Source of the DNA: Bacillota bacterium
GTDB lineage: Bacteria; Bacillota; Bacilli; Paenibacillales; Paenibacillaceae
Direction: 5' to 3'
Length of the DNA: 64,000 bases
Assembly (NCBI GenBank): GCA_023460795.1
Contig: JAEWPC010000026.1
Coordinates: 2,989 to 66,988, forward strand
The notes under the pieces were generated by a model that was given only the letters and a program-made list of their open reading frames with translations, searched no databases and was not told where the DNA came from. The translations under genes were made by a program, and so were the position numbers. Shown here piece by piece: positions 8,638 to 21,616 of the stretch; position 1 is the stretch's first letter; each line of letters starts with the position of its first letter.

Positions 8638-9459
8638 TCAATAATCATACGCGACTTCCCATAACGTTAATCCGTGCGGCATCGCCGTCGGCCCCGCTTT
8701 AGACCGATCGCATGCCGCCAATATCGCCCCGATGTCTTCCGGACGCCGCTTGCCTTCTCCGACCTGGATAAGCGTCCCTGCGATAATGCGAACCATATTA
8801 TATAAGAAGCCGTTGCCCGTAATATACAGGTGCGCTACCCCGCGTTCCTTGCCGGGGTACTTCGCGCCATCCCAAGCAGCGGAATGATAGGCGTTAGGAA
8901 CGCCGAACTCGATCGGCGAGAGCTTCTCGACTTCTATCCTGGCGTCCAAGACGGTTCGGACGTGGCTCGGCTTCGTCGATAAGGGCGACGTGAACGACGA
9001 GAAGTCGTGCTCGCCGAGCAGGTGCACGAGTCCTCTGCGCATCGCCTCGAAGTTCAGCGGCGCCGGATGATGGAATTCGTATCGGCGACGGAATGGATCT
9101 TGAATCCGATTGCAGTTGATCGAGTAGCGGTACGTCTTGCGAACGGCACCGCGTCTCGAGTGGAATGACTCGGGCACGTCGAAGGCGGACTGTACGACGA
9201 TATCCCCCGGCAGTCTCGAGTTAAGCGCGAGCGCCCAGCGTTCGGCCGGTATGCTCGATTCGGTAAAGAAGTTGGCGACCTGAGCTCTTGCGTGGACGCC
9301 GGCATCCGTCCGGCCGGAACCGATGAGCTTCACCTTCTCGCCGGATAACGCGAATATGGCGTCCTCTAGCTTATCTTGAACCGTATTGCCCCCAGGCTGG
9401 CTCTGAAAGCCGAAATAGTCGGTCCCGTCGTAGCTGATGAGCAGTCCGATATTACGCAA
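8638..9459 (-). CDS. truA: tRNA pseudouridine(38-40) synthase
   Basis: YDGTDYFGFQ, GSGRTDAGVHA and GFLYNMVRII motifs; TTG start after GGAGG. Confidence 0.95.
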   Translation of the reverse strand: MRNIGLLISYDGTDYFGFQSQPGGNTVQDKLEDAIFALSGEKVKLIGSGRTDAGVHARAQVANFFTESSIPAERWALALNSRLPGDIVVQSAFDVPESFHSRRGAVRKTYRYSINCNRIQDPFRRRYEFHHPAPLNFEAMRRGLVHLLGEHDFSSFTSPLSTKPSHVRTVLDARIEVEKLSPIEFGVPNAYHSAAWDGAKYPGKERGVAHLYITGNGFLYNMVRIIAGTLIQVGEGKRRPEDIGAILAACDRSKAGPTAMPHGLTLWEVAYDY

Positions 9460-9487
9460 CGGTACGCCTCCTCCCGCAATCTCCAAC

Positions 9488-9530
9488 AAAAAAAGGATGA
9501 TCCGAATGCATGATTCGGTCCATCCTTCTT
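9488..9530 (-). terminator. Intrinsic terminator after rplQ
   Basis: AGGATGGACCGAAT...ATTCGGATCATCCT followed by T7 on the minus strand. Confidence 0.75.
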
Positions 9531-9540
9531 TGCTCCGTTC

Positions 9541-9906
9541 TTACGCGCGATCTACAAGCTCGAGATACACCATCGGAGCGGAATCTCCGCGACGAGGTCC
9601 AAGCTTCAGAATGCGAGTATATCCACCTGGACGTTCCGCGTAACGCGGCGCCAAATCGGAGAACAGTTTTTGGATGGCGTCTTGATCACCGTTAAGGGTC
9701 TCACGACGCACGAAAGCTGCTACCTGACGACGCGCGTGCAGGTCACCGCGCTTAGCGAGAGTAATTAACTTCTCGGCGATGGAGCGGACTTCCTTCGCTT
9801 TCGCTTCGGTCGTCTGAATGCGCTCGTTCAGGAACAGGTCGGTAACCAAATCACGGAACAATGCTTTCCGCGAGCTGGAGTCGCGACTCAGTTTTTGATA
9901 AGCCAT
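9541..9906 (-). CDS. rplQ: 50S ribosomal protein L17
   Basis: TTEAKAKE and [10 protein letters not shown] motifs. Confidence 0.98.
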   Translation of the reverse strand: MAYQKLSRDSSSRKALFRDLVTDLFLNERIQTTEAKAKEVRSIAEKLITLAKRGDLHARRQVAAFVRRETLNGDQDAIQKLFSDLAPRYAERPGGYTRILKLGPRRGDSAPMVYLELVDRA

Positions 9907-9968
9907 CTGTTTTCCCTCCCTTGTGCGTGATGATTGCTCATCACTTGCTGCTATCTCTCATCACGATG

Positions 9969-10913
9969 TTATTCCTCGAAACGCAGACCGAGTCCGAGCT
10001 CTTCGAGCTTCTCTTGAACTTCCTCGAGGGATTTCCGGCCCAGGTTACGAACCTTCATCATGTCCTCTTCGGTTTTCGTGATCAGCTCTTGAACGGTATT
10101 GATACCGGCGCGTTTGAGGCAGTTGTAGGAACGGACGGAAAGATCGAGCTCTTCGATCGTCATCTCGAGCACTTTCTCTTTCTTGTCCTCTTCCTTCTCC
10201 TTCATCGTTTCCGTATCTTTAGCTTCATCCGTCAGGCCAACGAACAGCGACAAGTGATCCGTTAGGATCTTGGCGCCCAAGCTGACTGCTTCTTCCGGCC
10301 GAATGCTTCCATCCGTCCATACTTCGAGCGTGAGCTTGTCATAGTTCGTCACTTGGCCGACGCGGGTATTCTCGACTTGATAATTCACGCGCGTAATCGG
10401 CGTGTAGATCGAATCGATTGGAATAACTCCGATCGGTTGGTCTTCCTTCTTATTGCGATCCGCCGGAACGTAACCGCGTCCCTGTCTAGCGAAGATGCGC
10501 ATATGAAGTCTGCTGCCAGCAGCAAGCGTAGCGATATGCAGATCCGGATTAAGAATCTCCACGTCGCTGTCCGCCCGAATATCTCCAGCCGTGACTACGC
10601 CATCGCCTTCCGCGTCGATCTCAAGCACTTTCTCCTCGTCGGAGTGAATCTTGAGGGACAATCGCTTCAGGTTGAGGATAATTTCCGTCACGTCTTCCAT
10701 GACGCCCGGAATCGTGGAAAATTCATGAAGCACGCCATCGATCTGTACCGATATAACGGCTGCGCCCGGCAAGGACGACAACAGAATGCGGCGAAGAGAG
10801 TTGCCAAGCGTCATGCCGTAACCGCGCTCAAGCGGCTCGACGACGAACTTGCCGTATCTCTTATCGTCTTGAATTTCCACCGAATCGATTTTTGGTTTCT
10901 CGATCACTATCAC
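9969..10913 (-). CDS. rpoA: RNA polymerase alpha subunit
   Basis: [20 protein letters not shown] and [13 protein letters not shown] motifs; GTG start 8 nt after GGAGG. Confidence 0.97.
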   Translation of the reverse strand: MIVIEKPKIDSVEIQDDKRYGKFVVEPLERGYGMTLGNSLRRILLSSLPGAAVISVQIDGVLHEFSTIPGVMEDVTEIILNLKRLSLKIHSDEEKVLEIDAEGDGVVTAGDIRADSDVEILNPDLHIATLAAGSRLHMRIFARQGRGYVPADRNKKEDQPIGVIPIDSIYTPITRVNYQVENTRVGQVTNYDKLTLEVWTDGSIRPEEAVSLGAKILTDHLSLFVGLTDEAKDTETMKEKEEDKKEKVLEMTIEELDLSVRSYNCLKRAGINTVQELITKTEEDMMKVRNLGRKSLEEVQEKLEELGLGLRFEE

Positions 10914-11088
10914 AACCATAACCTCCTTCGAACGTCGCCAGACGTTGCCGATTGCTCACCCAGAATGCATTCATTCAGCGCTCATGACATGAGGCTAATT
11001 GTTAATCGGGTAAACCATGTAGTATGCCTAACCGTTACAACCATTATTCTCAAGTTGTTCTTGTTTGATACCACAGGAGCAACGCGGC

Positions 11089-11487
11089 TTATACGCGGCG
11101 GCGCTTCGGAGGACGGCAACCGTTATGCGGGATCGGAGTCACGTCTTTGATCATGCTGACTTCAAGACCAGCGGCTTGCAACGAACGGATCGCAGCTTCG
11201 CGGCCGGCGCCAGGACCTTTAACCATGACTTCAACGAGACGCATACCGTGCTCCATCGCAGCGCGCGCTGCAGATTCCGCTGCCATTTGGGCTGCGAACG
11301 GCGTGCTTTTGCGGGAGCCTTTAAAGCCAAGGTTGCCGGAGCTCGCCCAGGATACCGCATTGCCATGCGGATCCGTAATCGTCACGATCGTGTTGTTGAA
11401 CGTCGAACGGATATGTGCAACGCCCGAGTCGATATTTTTCCGGTCACGACGCTTGGTACGAACGACTTTCTTGCCTTTTTGTGCCAT
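11089..11487 (-). CDS. rpsK: 30S ribosomal protein S11
   Basis: STFNNTIV and [18 protein letters not shown] motifs. Confidence 0.98.
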   Translation of the reverse strand: MAQKGKKVVRTKRRDRKNIDSGVAHIRSTFNNTIVTITDPHGNAVSWASSGNLGFKGSRKSTPFAAQMAAESAARAAMEHGMRLVEVMVKGPGAGREAAIRSLQAAGLEVSMIKDVTPIPHNGCRPPKRRRV

Positions 11488-11505
11488 GTTTGTTAACCCC
11501 CCTTA

Positions 11506-11874
11506 TTACTTCTTCTTGTTCGCTACTGTACGACGAGGACCTTTGCGCGTACGCGCGTTCGTCTTCGAACGTTGACCGCGAACCGGGAGGCCGCGGCGAT
11601 GACGGACGCCGCGGTAGCAGCCAATCTCGATCAGTCGCTTGATGTTTAGTGCAATTTCGCGACGCAAGTCGCCCTCGACCTTTTGCGATTTGTCGATCGC
11701 TTCACGGAGCTTAGCAAGCTCGTCTTCAGTCAGATCGCGAACGCGAGTGTCGGGATTGACGCCCGTAGATGCAAGCAGCTTCTGGGAAGTGGATTTACCA
11801 ATTCCGAAGATGTACGTGAGGGCGATTTCTACGCGTTTGTCGCGTGGAAGGTCAACACCAGCAATACGTGCCAT
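11506..11874 (-). CDS. rpsM: 30S ribosomal protein S13
   Basis: [10 protein letters not shown] and GLPVRGQR motifs. Confidence 0.98.
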   Translation of the reverse strand: MARIAGVDLPRDKRVEIALTYIFGIGKSTSQKLLASTGVNPDTRVRDLTEDELAKLREAIDKSQKVEGDLRREIALNIKRLIEIGCYRGVRHRRGLPVRGQRSKTNARTRKGPRRTVANKKK

Positions 11875-11894
11875 TAATGAGCACCTCCTCTAGA

Positions 11895-12095
<201 letters not shown>

Positions 12096-12311
12096 TTATT
12101 TGCGGTAAGTGATACGGCCCCGCGTCAGATCATAGGGCGACAGCTGGATAACAACTTTGTCTCCCGTCAGAATACGGATGAAGTGCATCCGCAGCTTCCC
12201 GGAAACATGCGCCAGAATCTGATGTCCGTTCTCGAGTTCTACCTTGAACATCGCATTCGGCAGCGGTTCAATGACCGTTCCTTCCACCTCGATGACGTCC
12301 TCTTTGGCCAC
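12096..12311 (-). CDS. infA: Translation initiation factor IF-1
   Basis: [10 protein letters not shown] and [13 protein letters not shown] motifs; GTG start. Confidence 0.97.
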   Translation of the reverse strand: MAKEDVIEVEGTVIEPLPNAMFKVELENGHQILAHVSGKLRMHFIRILTGDKVVIQLSPYDLTRGRITYRK

Positions 12312-12313
12312 CG

Positions 12314-12673
12314 TCATTCTCCTTTCTCGTCAGCATGCGCATCAAGTGCGAGCTCCGGAGCGTTCTCCGAAGTCCGTCCTTCATTCGTCACGTGTTCGAA
12401 TTGTCCGATAGCGAAACGGAGTTTCGCGTTCGTCACGCGTCCGGTGTCGCGAAGGCTATTCGCGACTTCTTCGCTATGGAACCCGAGCGGTTCGAGATGC
12501 AGCACGTTTTTGCGTTTGGGCCGATCGAATCGGCGGTTGCCGCCGTCAGCCACGAGCGCGAATCGCTCATCAACGATGGAGATTACGACTAGCAGCTCTC
12601 CCTCGTCTCTTCCACGCCGGCTTCTCACGATGTCTCCGGGCACGAGCTTCACGTTTAGCGTCATTGCATTCAC
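12314..12673 (-). CDS. KOW-domain RNA-binding protein (L14e-like, YbzG-like position)
   Basis: [11 protein letters not shown] and [15 protein letters not shown] motifs; lies between map and infA. Confidence 0.8.
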   Translation of the reverse strand: MNAMTLNVKLVPGDIVRSRRGRDEGELLVVISIVDERFALVADGGNRRFDRPKRKNVLHLEPLGFHSEEVANSLRDTGRVTNAKLRFAIGQFEHVTNEGRTSENAPELALDAHADEKGE

Positions 12674-12679
12674 CTAGCT

Positions 12680-13426
12680 TTACGCACGGGTTAGGATTTC
12701 GTACCCGTCTTCGGTTACGGCAACTGTATGCTCGAAATGCGCGCACAGCGATCCGTCGACCGTGACGACGGTCCAGTTATCGGACAACGTCTTCACGTAG
12801 CGTTCTCCCGCGACAACCATCGGTTCGATCGCAAGCGTCATTCCCGGTTTAAGCCGAGGCCCGCGGTCCGGTATGCCGTAGTTCGGAATTTGCGGTTCCT
12901 CGTGGAGGTCCTTGCCGACTCCGTGTCCTACATACTCCCTGACCACCGAGAAACCTGCTTCTTCGATGACTTTCTGAATACCGTGCGATACGGTAAACAG
13001 TCGAACGTCCGGCTTAACGAGCTCGAGCCCCGCATAGAGCGAAGCTTCGGTTACGTCAAGCAGTCGCTGCGCGTCATCGGAAATGCGACCGACGCCGTAG
13101 GTCCACGCGGAATCGCCATGGTAGCCTTTGTACTGCGCGCCGATATCGATGCTGATGATGTCGCCTTCTACAAGCTTCCGAGGTCCGGGGAACCCATGGA
13201 CGAGTTCCTCGTTCGTGGAAGCGCATATGCTGGCCGGAAAACCGTTGTAACCTTTAAAAGAGGGGAAGGCGCCTTGGCTTCGAATATACGTGTCCGCTAT
13301 CCTATCCAATTCAGCGGTAGTGACGCCAGGCTGGATAGCCTGCTTCATCAAACGATGGGTTTCCGCCACGATCCGCCCGGCTTCTCGCATCAAGATCAGT
13401 TCTTTCTCAGACTTGCATACGATCAT
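12680..13426 (-). CDS. map: Type I methionine aminopeptidase
   Basis: [24 protein letters not shown] and AHFEHT motifs. Confidence 0.97.
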   Translation of the reverse strand: MIVCKSEKELILMREAGRIVAETHRLMKQAIQPGVTTAELDRIADTYIRSQGAFPSFKGYNGFPASICASTNEELVHGFPGPRKLVEGDIISIDIGAQYKGYHGDSAWTYGVGRISDDAQRLLDVTEASLYAGLELVKPDVRLFTVSHGIQKVIEEAGFSVVREYVGHGVGKDLHEEPQIPNYGIPDRGPRLKPGMTLAIEPMVVAGERYVKTLSDNWTVVTVDGSLCAHFEHTVAVTEDGYEILTRA

Positions 13427-13432
13427 GGCCGA

Positions 13433-14080
<648 letters not shown>

Positions 14081-14102
14081 TTATTCCTCCTGTCGTCTCG
14101 TT

Positions 14103-15395
14103 TTACTTATTGATAAACCCTTTGTAGTGACGCTTGATGAGCTGGCTTTCGATCTGCTTCATCGTCTCAAGGGCAACCCCGATAACGATTAGGAGCGACG
14201 TGCCGCCGAGTTGAACGGTACGAGGCAGGTCAGCCAACATTCCGAAGAATACCGGCAATACCGAGATAAGCGCCAGGAAGATCGCGCCGGCCAGCGTAAT
14301 GCGAGTGATGACGCGCATCAGGTAGCCTTGCGTCGGCTTGCCCGGACGAATACCCGGGATATAGCCGCCGTTCTTCTTCATGTTATCCGCAAGTTGCTGC
14401 GGGTTGAATTGCACGAACGTGTAGAAGAACGTGAAGCCGATGATCAGCAATACGTACAACAACATGCCGAGCGGCTGGTCGTAGTAGAGGTGATTGATGA
14501 CCCATTGCGCCCAACTGCGATCCGCCCAGAACTGAGCGATCGTGATTGGGAACATCAGAAGCGATACCGCGAAGATGACCGGGATTACGCCAGCGCCATT
14601 GACCTTAAGCGGAATGTGCGTGGATTGGCCGCCGTACATTTTCTGTCCGACAACCCTTTTAGCGTATTGAACCGGAATCTTGCGTACGCCTTGTTGAATG
14701 AAGATAACCCCTGCAATAATCAGGACGATTACTATCAGGATAATGGCAACCTTCACGAGATTAAGGAATACTTGGTCCGAATTCGCGAATTGATCCGCGT
14801 AGATATCACGAACGTGCTTAGGGATTGCAGCAACGATAGCGGCGAAGATCAGAATCGAAATCCCGTTGCCTACGCCTTTTTCGTTGATTTGCTCGCCTAA
14901 CCACATCAGGAAAGCCGTACCCGCGGTCAAAACGATCGCAATCATGAGGTAGGTCGCGATCGACGAGTCGATAACCATACCGTACATGCGGTGGAATCCG
15001 ATGGCCGTTGCGAAGGCTTGGATAAGCCCAAGAATGACCGTCCCGTAACGTGTAACCTGCGCCAACTTGCGCTTGCCGTTCTCGCCTTCTTTTTGCCATT
15101 CGGAGAATTTCGGAATGACATCCATAGAAAGCAGCTGAACGATGATCGAAGCTGTAATATACGGCGTGATCCCTAGCGCAAAGATGGAGAAGTTGAACAA
15201 AGCACCGCCGGAGAACGTATTTAGCAGGCCGAACAAATCGCTGCCCGATTCTCCAGCCTGCAATAGAGCGTCCTTGTCAATGTTCGGGACCGGAATAAAG
15301 GCACCGATGCGATAGACCAACAGGATGAAAAGGGTGAATAGGATCTTCTTGCGAAGGTCCACGACTTTCCAAATGTTAGTGACGGTCGCAAACAT
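14103..15395 (-). CDS. secY: Preprotein translocase SecY
   Basis: LGITPYITASII, GYIPGIRPG and GGTSLLIVIGV motifs. Confidence 0.98.
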   Translation of the reverse strand: MFATVTNIWKVVDLRKKILFTLFILLVYRIGAFIPVPNIDKDALLQAGESGSDLFGLLNTFSGGALFNFSIFALGITPYITASIIVQLLSMDVIPKFSEWQKEGENGKRKLAQVTRYGTVILGLIQAFATAIGFHRMYGMVIDSSIATYLMIAIVLTAGTAFLMWLGEQINEKGVGNGISILIFAAIVAAIPKHVRDIYADQFANSDQVFLNLVKVAIILIVIVLIIAGVIFIQQGVRKIPVQYAKRVVGQKMYGGQSTHIPLKVNGAGVIPVIFAVSLLMFPITIAQFWADRSWAQWVINHLYYDQPLGMLLYVLLIIGFTFFYTFVQFNPQQLADNMKKNGGYIPGIRPGKPTQGYLMRVITRITLAGAIFLALISVLPVFFGMLADLPRTVQLGGTSLLIVIGVALETMKQIESQLIKRHYKGFINK

Positions 15396-15838
15396 TAGAT
15401 CACCTCGGTTTTACCGCCGGCGGCCTGAATTTTCTCAATCGCGGATTGAGAAAACTTGTGAGCTTTTACTGTCAGCCCTACGTTCAGTTCGCCATTGCCC
15501 AGAATCTTGATGCCGTCTTTCGCGTTTTTCAGAACGCCCTCGGAAAGCAGCAATTCTGGGGTAACTTCCGTACCAGCCGCAAAACGGTTCAGTTGGTTCA
15601 GGTTAACAATTGCGAAGTCATATGCAAAACGATCGTTGTTGAAGCCGCGTTTCGGAACTCGACGATAAAGTGGGTTTTGACCACCCTCGAATCCAGGACG
15701 AACGCCACCGCCGGAGCGAGCGTTTTGCCCTTTGTGACCGCGACCGGACGTTTTGCCGAGACCGCTACCGGCACCGCGTCCAACGCGCTTACGCGTCGCG
15801 GTTGCGCCAGTATTAGGAGCAAGCTCATGCAATTTCAT
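15395..15838 (-). CDS. rplO: 50S ribosomal protein L15
   Basis: MKLHEL start; [13 protein letters not shown] and FEGGQNP motifs. Confidence 0.97.
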   Translation of the reverse strand: MKLHELAPNTGATATRKRVGRGAGSGLGKTSGRGHKGQNARSGGGVRPGFEGGQNPLYRRVPKRGFNNDRFAYDFAIVNLNQLNRFAAGTEVTPELLLSEGVLKNAKDGIKILGNGELNVGLTVKAHKFSQSAIEKIQAAGGKTEVI

Positions 15839-15877
15839 CTTACGTCGCACCTCCTTGAGAGTTATGCTAAATCAATC

Positions 15878-16057
15878 TTATACTTCTTTAACTTCGACCA
15901 AGTGGCTAACCGTGTTAATAAGACCGCGGGTTGCCACGTTATCTTCTCTGACTACAGTCTGATGCAGCTTAGCGAGTCCGAGCGTCTTCACCGATTGGCG
16001 TTGATTCTCTGGACGGCCGATCAAACTGCGGACGAGGGTGATTTGAAGCTGTGCCAT
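15878..16057 (-). CDS. rpmD: 50S ribosomal protein L30 (absent from the ORF track)
   Basis: Manual translation [28 protein letters not shown]...[10 protein letters not shown]. Confidence 0.95.
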   Translation of the reverse strand: MAQLQITLVRSLIGRPENQRQSVKTLGLAKLHQTVVREDNVATRGLINTVSHLVEVKEV

Positions 16058-16070
16058 CTGTTTCCCCTCC

Positions 16071-16568
16071 TTAACGGAATAGCTCTGCTACGGTTTTACC
16101 GCGCAGTTTAGCTACTTCTTCAGCGCGCTTCAGGCGGGAGAGCCCTTCCAACGTCGCATTGATCATGTTAATGGAGTTGGAAGAACCAAGCGATTTCGTC
16201 AAAATATCGCCGACCCCAGCGAGCTCGAGTACGGCGCGGACAGGACCGCCCGCGATAACTCCCGTACCTTCGGATGCAGGTTTCAGCAACACTTTGCCGG
16301 CGCCGAATTGTCCCTCAACCGTGTGCGGAATGGTCGTGCCGACCAATGGAACGTGAATCAGTTTTTTCTTCGCGTCGTCGACGCCTTTACGGATCGCGTC
16401 TTGGACTTCGGAAGCTTTGCCGATGCCGGCGCCAACCCAGCCTTTGCCGTCGCCGACAACGACGAGAGCGCTGAAGCTCATCCGGCGTCCGCCTTTTACG
16501 GTTTTAGAGACGCGATTGATTTGAACCATTTTTTCCGTTAGTTCCAACGTATTCGGATCTACACGCAA
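16071..16568 (-). CDS. rpsE: 30S ribosomal protein S5
   Basis: [13 protein letters not shown] and GTGVIAGG motifs. Confidence 0.98.
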   Translation of the reverse strand: MRVDPNTLELTEKMVQINRVSKTVKGGRRMSFSALVVVGDGKGWVGAGIGKASEVQDAIRKGVDDAKKKLIHVPLVGTTIPHTVEGQFGAGKVLLKPASEGTGVIAGGPVRAVLELAGVGDILTKSLGSSNSINMINATLEGLSRLKRAEEVAKLRGKTVAELFR

Positions 16569-16596
16569 GTCGTTTCCCTCCTTGTATCAAAGTGAA

Positions 16597-16962
16597 TTAA
16601 AACTTAAGTCCGGCTTCGCGAGCTGCGTCAGCCAGTGCTTGGATACGTCCGTGGTACAAGTAGCCGCCGCGATCGAACACGACGTTCTCGTAGCCTTTAG
16701 CAACGGCGCGCTTAGCAACAAGCTCGCCTACTTTAGCAGCGGCTTCGACGTTACCGCCGTTACCTTGGCCTGCCAGTTCTTTATCAACTGTAGATGCGCT
16801 AGCGATCGTTACGCCTTTAACGTCGTCGATCAGCTGTGCATAAATGTGCTTGGAAGAACGGAATACGGACAAGCGAGGACGCTCGTTCGTGCCTGTGATC
16901 TTCTTGCGTACACGAAGGTGACGCTTCAAGCGTGCTTTGTTCTTATCGCCTTTAGTAATCAT
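16597..16962 (-). CDS. rplR: 50S ribosomal protein L18
   Basis: RPRLSVFRS and [11 protein letters not shown] motifs. Confidence 0.97.
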   Translation of the reverse strand: MITKGDKNKARLKRHLRVRKKITGTNERPRLSVFRSSKHIYAQLIDDVKGVTIASASTVDKELAGQGNGGNVEAAAKVGELVAKRAVAKGYENVVFDRGGYLYHGRIQALADAAREAGLKF

Positions 16963-17032
16963 TCGAAAGGCTCCCTTCAAGTTGTTGTTGCATGTGGGCA
17001 GCTTCTAAGCCACCCGCAACTTATCGCTCAAC

Positions 17033-17575
17033 TTATTTCTTCTTACCAGCTTTACCTTCTTTACGAAGGATGCGCTCGTTTTCGTACTTAATACCTTTGC
17101 CTTTGTAAGGCTCAGGCTCGCGTACGGCACGGATTTTCGCTGCAACTGCGCCGACGAGTTCTTTGTCGATGCCTTTAACAACAATTTTGTTCTGTGCTGG
17201 AACTTCGAATTCGATGCCGTTCTCAGGAACGAATTCTACAGGGTGGGAATAACCAACGCTCAGTACCAGCTTTTCGCCGGTTTTGTTAGCGCGGTAACCT
17301 ACGCCTACCAGCTCAAGGTTCTTGAAGTAACCTTCAGTTACGCCGTTTACCATGTTAGCAACGACGCTGCGCGTCGTACCGTGCAGGGAACGGTGAAGCT
17401 TATTGTCGGAAGGACGTTCTACGGAGATAACGTTCTCCGCGAAGGAAACCTTCATATCTTTGTGCAATTCGCGGGACAAAGTTCCTTTCGGACCTTTAAC
17501 CGTGATTACGTTGTTGTCCAGGTTCACGTTCACGCCGTTAGGCACCTGGATCGGTTTGCGTCCAATACGGGACAT
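17033..17575 (-). CDS. rplF: 50S ribosomal protein L6
   Basis: MSRIGRKP and PEPYKGKGI motifs. Confidence 0.98.
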   Translation of the reverse strand: MSRIGRKPIQVPNGVNVNLDNNVITVKGPKGTLSRELHKDMKVSFAENVISVERPSDNKLHRSLHGTTRSVVANMVNGVTEGYFKNLELVGVGYRANKTGEKLVLSVGYSHPVEFVPENGIEFEVPAQNKIVVKGIDKELVGAVAAKIRAVREPEPYKGKGIKYENERILRKEGKAGKKK

Positions 17576-17605
17576 GGGTGCACCTCCAATCTTGTGACGG
17601 TTAAA

Positions 17606-18004
17606 TTACCAAACGTAGCAAAGCACTTCGCCGCCGGCTTTCCCTTGACGGGCTTCCTTGTCGGTTACGATGCCTTTGGATGTGGAAATGATCGCGATGC
17701 CGAGGCCACCCAGCACGCGCGGTACTTCGTTAGATTTCGTGTATACGCGCAGACCGGGTTTGCTAATACGCTTGAGGCCCGTAATAACGCGCTCGTTGTT
17801 CGGACCGTATTTCAGGAAAATACGGATCAAACCTTGCTTGTTGTCTTCTACATATTCAGCGTCGCGGATAAAGCCTTCACGTTTAAGGATTTCAGCAATT
17901 TGCTTCTTAACCGTGGATGCAGGCATTTCCACCGACTCATGACGCACCAGATTCGCGTTGCGAATGCGCGTCAGCATATCTGCAATTGGATCAGACATAA
18001 CCAT
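17606..18004 (-). CDS. rpsH: 30S ribosomal protein S8
   Basis: [13 protein letters not shown] and SKPGLRVY motifs. Confidence 0.98.
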   Translation of the reverse strand: MVMSDPIADMLTRIRNANLVRHESVEMPASTVKKQIAEILKREGFIRDAEYVEDNKQGLIRIFLKYGPNNERVITGLKRISKPGLRVYTKSNEVPRVLGGLGIAIISTSKGIVTDKEARQGKAGGEVLCYVW

Positions 18005-18034
18005 GGGGTAAACCTCCTTCCCGAACTAGGCTGA

Positions 18035-18220
18035 TTACCAGCTCGCTTTTTTGACGCCAGGAATCTGGCCTTTGTATGCCAACTCACGGAAACAGATCCG
18101 GCAGATTTTGAACTTTTGCAAAACCGAATGCGGACGACCGCAACGTTCGCAACGCGTGTAAGCTTGGACTTTAAACTTCGGCGCACGCTGTTGCTTGATT
18201 TTCATCGACGTTTTTGCCAC
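18035..18220 (-). CDS. rpsN: 30S ribosomal protein S14, zinc-binding (type Z)
   Basis: 61 aa; RCERCGRP and ICRICFRE motifs. Confidence 0.97.
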   Translation of the reverse strand: MAKTSMKIKQQRAPKFKVQAYTRCERCGRPHSVLQKFKICRICFRELAYKGQIPGVKKASW

Positions 18221-18270
18221 TTGCTTTACACCTCCAATGGGTACCTTTTGCTAATTTGGCCGGGTGGGCG

Positions 18271-18813
18271 TCACTTCGCAAACGGCATACCCAATTGGGT
18301 CAGCAGCTCACGCGCTTCTTCGTCCGATTGCGCCGTCGTTACGATGACGATGTCCATCCCGCGAACTTTATCAATCTGATCGTACTCGATCTCAGGGAAG
18401 ATCAATTGTTCTTTCAAGCCGAGCGTGTAGTTGCCGCGTCCGTCGAACGATTTGGTCGATACGCCGCGGAAGTCGCGTACGCGTGGCAAGGAAATGTTGA
18501 ACAATTTGTCCAGGAAGTAGTACATGCGATCGCCGCGCAGCGTTACTTTCGCGCCGATTGCCACGTTCTCGCGAAGGCGGAAACCAGCGATCGATTTCTT
18601 GGAGCGCGTGATGACTGGTTTTTGACCAGCGATCTTCTGCATGTCTTCAACGGCATTGTCCATGATTTTGGAGTTAGAAACAGCTTCGCCGACACCCATG
18701 TTGATGACGACCTTCTCGATCTTAGGAACTTGCATGACCGATTTGTAGCTGAACTTCTGCATCAGAGCAGGAGTGATTTCGTTCTGAAAACGTTCCTTCA
18801 TTCTTGCTGCCAT
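18271..18813 (-). CDS. rplE: 50S ribosomal protein L5
   Basis: LPRVRDFRG and [10 protein letters not shown] motifs. Confidence 0.98.
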   Translation of the reverse strand: MAARMKERFQNEITPALMQKFSYKSVMQVPKIEKVVINMGVGEAVSNSKIMDNAVEDMQKIAGQKPVITRSKKSIAGFRLRENVAIGAKVTLRGDRMYYFLDKLFNISLPRVRDFRGVSTKSFDGRGNYTLGLKEQLIFPEIEYDQIDKVRGMDIVIVTTAQSDEEARELLTQLGMPFAK

Positions 18814-18848
18814 GAGTCACAATGACCTCCTTTCCGTGTAACTTTCGA

Positions 18849-19202
18849 TTAATCGATCTCTTGACCGGATTTCTTAGCGATCCGGATTTTCTTGCCGTTC
18901 TCGAGCGTTTTGTAGCCGATACGAGTTGCTTTGCCGCTCTTAGGATCGATATGCATCACGTTGGACACGTGAATCGGCGCTTCGCGCTCGATGATACCGC
19001 CTTGTTGGTTCGTTGGGTTCGGACGCGTATGGCGTTTAACCATATTGACGCCTTCCACAAGCACGCGATTTTCGCGCGGATACGCTGCGATAATGCGGCC
19101 TTTCTTGCCTTTATCTTTACCCGTGATGACGATAACGTTATCGTCTTTCTTCACGTGCAGTTTATTGTTGTGCGATTCGAGCACTTTTTTCAAACGGGGC
19201 AT
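18849..19202 (-). CDS. rplX: 50S ribosomal protein L24
   Basis: [11 protein letters not shown] motif and EAPIHVSNV. Confidence 0.97.
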   Translation of the reverse strand: MPRLKKVLESHNNKLHVKKDDNVIVITGKDKGKKGRIIAAYPRENRVLVEGVNMVKRHTRPNPTNQQGGIIEREAPIHVSNVMHIDPKSGKATRIGYKTLENGKKIRIAKKSGQEID

Positions 19203-19245
19203 GGGTCCACCTCCTAGCCTGATTCTTCGGTTCCGAAACCGTTAG

Positions 19246-19614
19246 TTATAGAACTTCCGGTGCCAGGGAAATGATTTTCATGAAGTCGCGCTCGCGAAGT
19301 TCGCGTGCGACTGGTCCAAAGATACGAGTACCGCGTGGGCTCTTATCTTCTTTAACGATTACTGCTGCGTTCTCGTCGAACGCGATATAGGATCCGTCTT
19401 TACGGCGCACCGAGCGTTTCGTACGAACGATAACGCATTTGACTACGTCGCCTTTTTTGACAACGCCGCCTGGTGTTGCTTGTTTTACGGAAGCTACGAT
19501 CAGATCACCGATGTGTCCTACGCGGCGGCCTGTACCGCCAAGCACGCGGATGCACATCAATTCTTTAGCGCCGGAGTTGTCAGCAACTGCAAGACGCGTA
19601 AACGGTTGAATCAT
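19246..19614 (-). CDS. rplN: 50S ribosomal protein L14
   Basis: ADNSGAK and [12 protein letters not shown] motifs. Confidence 0.98.
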   Translation of the reverse strand: MIQPFTRLAVADNSGAKELMCIRVLGGTGRRVGHIGDLIVASVKQATPGGVVKKGDVVKCVIVRTKRSVRRKDGSYIAFDENAAVIVKEDKSPRGTRIFGPVARELRERDFMKIISLAPEVL

Positions 19615-19648
19615 CGCAAAGTCCTCCTTTCAGTCACTGATCGGTCGA

Positions 19649-19915
19649 TTATACCAATACGGCTTTCTCGACGATTTCGACCAAGCGCCAGTTCTTGTCT
19701 TTCGACAATGGGCGGGTCTCCATGATTTTTACAGTATCGCCGATTTGAGCAGTGTTGTTCTCATCGTGCGCCTTGAATTTCTTCGTGTATTTAATCCGCT
19801 TGTGGTACAGGCTGTGCTTCTTGTAAGTCTCGACAGCTACCACAATCGTTTTGTCCATTTTGTCGCTAACGACTTTACCGATCTGGACCTTACGGTTGTT
19901 GTTACGATCGCTCAT
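19649..19915 (-). CDS. rpsQ: 30S ribosomal protein S17
   Basis: [11 protein letters not shown] and ETRPLSK motifs. Confidence 0.98.
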   Translation of the reverse strand: MSDRNNNRKVQIGKVVSDKMDKTIVVAVETYKKHSLYHKRIKYTKKFKAHDENNTAQIGDTVKIMETRPLSKDKNWRLVEIVEKAVLV

Positions 19916-19939
19916 GGTAATCCTCCTTTTCTCGGGTTA

Positions 19940-20137
19940 TTAGCCGATGCCGAGTTCACGCTCGCGCAAAATCGTTTTGGCCCGAGCAATTTCTTTCCGC
20001 AGGTCGCCGAGGCGATGCGGGTTGTCCAGTTGGCCAGTAGCCAGTTGGAAGCGGAGGTTGAACAGCTCTTCCTTGAAGCCGGCGATCTTCTGTTCGAGTT
20101 CCGCCGAAGTCAGGTTACGAAACTCACTGGCTTTCAT
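19940..20137 (-). CDS. rpmC: 50S ribosomal protein L29
   Basis: [14 protein letters not shown] motif. Confidence 0.97.
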   Translation of the reverse strand: MKASEFRNLTSAELEQKIAGFKEELFNLRFQLATGQLDNPHRLGDLRKEIARAKTILRERELGIG

Positions 20138-20561
20138 TTGCTTCACCACCCAGTTCTGCACGTTTCACGAACTTCGTCTTGATAGGCAGCTTGTGCGCTG
20201 CAAGACGCATTGCTTCACGTGCGATCTCCTCGGATACGCCTGCAAGCTCAAACAATACTTTGCCCGGCTTAACAACGGCAACCCATTTCTCTACGTTACC
20301 TTTACCGCTACCCATCCGCACCTCGAGAGGCTTCTGGGTGATTGGCTTAGCAGGGAAAATTTTGATCCATACTTTACCGCCGCGCTTGATATAACGAGTC
20401 ATGGCGATACGGGCAGCTTCGATCTGACGGTTCGTTACCCAGGAAGGCTCCATGGCTTGCAAACCGAATTCACCGAAATGCACTTCAGCGCCGCCTTTAG
20501 CACGGCCTTTCATTTTACCGCGATGTTCTTTGCGGTGTTTTACGCGTTTAGGTACCAACAT
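20124..20561 (-). CDS. rplP: 50S ribosomal protein L16
   Basis: [11 protein letters not shown] start and RMGSGKG motif. Confidence 0.97.
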   Translation of the reverse strand: MLVPKRVKHRKEHRGKMKGRAKGGAEVHFGEFGLQAMEPSWVTNRQIEAARIAMTRYIKRGGKVWIKIFPAKPITQKPLEVRMGSGKGNVEKWVAVVKPGKVLFELAGVSEEIAREAMRLAAHKLPIKTKFVKRAELGGEANESQ

Positions 20562-20563
20562 GA

Positions 20564-21226
20564 TTAGTTGCCTCCTTCCTGTGCAGCTCTTTTCTTCGTC
20601 GGAAGGACTTCGCCACGATAGATCCATACTTTTACGCCGATGCGGCCGTAAGTCGTATGAGCTTCCGCAGTACCGTAATCGATGTCAGCGCGCAGCGTGT
20701 GCAATGGCACCGTGCCTTCGCTGTAGCCTTCTGTACGCGCGATTTCAGCGCCGCCCAGACGACCGCTAACGGAAGTTTTGATACCTTTCGCGCCGGCGCG
20801 TTGCGTGCGTTGCATCGCTTGTTTCATTGCGCGGCGGAACGATACGCGGCGTTCCAGTTGTTGAGCGATGGACTCAGCAACGAGAATCGCGTCCATTTCC
20901 GGATTCTTGATCTCGGAGATGTTGATGTGTACTTTCTTACCGCCGGACAACTTCGTCAATTGTCCGCGAAGTACTTCTACTTCAGAGCCGCCTTTACCGA
21001 TTACGATGCCCGGCTTAGCCGTATGAATCGTAACGTTAACGCGGTTCGCAGCGCGTTCGATTTCGATCTTCGAAACCGCTGCTTCTTTAAGTTTATTTTT
21101 GAGGAATTCGCGGATTTTAACGTCTTCCATCAGAAGATCGCCGAAATCTTTGTCAGCGTACCATTTGGATTCCCAATCACGGATAACGCCGATGCGAAGA
21201 CCGACCGGATTTACTTTTTGACCCAC
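20564..21226 (-). CDS. rpsC: 30S ribosomal protein S3
   Basis: MGQKVNP and [10 protein letters not shown] motifs. Confidence 0.98.
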   Translation of the reverse strand: MGQKVNPVGLRIGVIRDWESKWYADKDFGDLLMEDVKIREFLKNKLKEAAVSKIEIERAANRVNVTIHTAKPGIVIGKGGSEVEVLRGQLTKLSGGKKVHINISEIKNPEMDAILVAESIAQQLERRVSFRRAMKQAMQRTQRAGAKGIKTSVSGRLGGAEIARTEGYSEGTVPLHTLRADIDYGTAEAHTTYGRIGVKVWIYRGEVLPTKKRAAQEGGN

Positions 21227-21239
21227 ACGTTGTCCCTCC

Positions 21240-21578
21240 TTATTTTTCGGATACGACCAGCGTAATGTGGCTGGAACGCTTAAAGATGCTGAATGCGCGA
21301 CCTTGGGAACGCGGCTGGAATCGTTTCATCGTAGCACCCTCGTTAACGAAGACTTCGGAAACGACCAGTTTGTTCACGTCGAGCTGGTAGTTATGTTCAG
21401 CGTTGGCGATCGCGGAGTTCAACAGCTTCTCCACAACAGGAGATGCCGAACGCGGCGTGTGGCGCAGGATTGCAATAGCCTCGCCGACTTTCTTGCCGCG
21501 GATCAGGTCAACGACCAGACGAACTTTACGTGCCGGAATGCGAATGTTATTCACAACAGCTTTCGCTTGTTGAGACAT
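21240..21578 (-). CDS. rplV: 50S ribosomal protein L22
   Basis: [12 protein letters not shown] and SAIANAEHN motifs. Confidence 0.98.
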   Translation of the reverse strand: MSQQAKAVVNNIRIPARKVRLVVDLIRGKKVGEAIAILRHTPRSASPVVEKLLNSAIANAEHNYQLDVNKLVVSEVFVNEGATMKRFQPRSQGRAFSIFKRSSHITLVVSEK

Positions 21579-21616
21579 CGAAGTACCTCCTCCCTTACGT
21601 TAACTAACTGTAAGGC

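Noticed and set aside
9460..11089. Absence of rpsD from the alpha cluster and of ecfA-ecfA'-ecfT before truA
   Set aside because: rpsD lies elsewhere in Bacilli; ecf position varies between lineages and no remnant is visible
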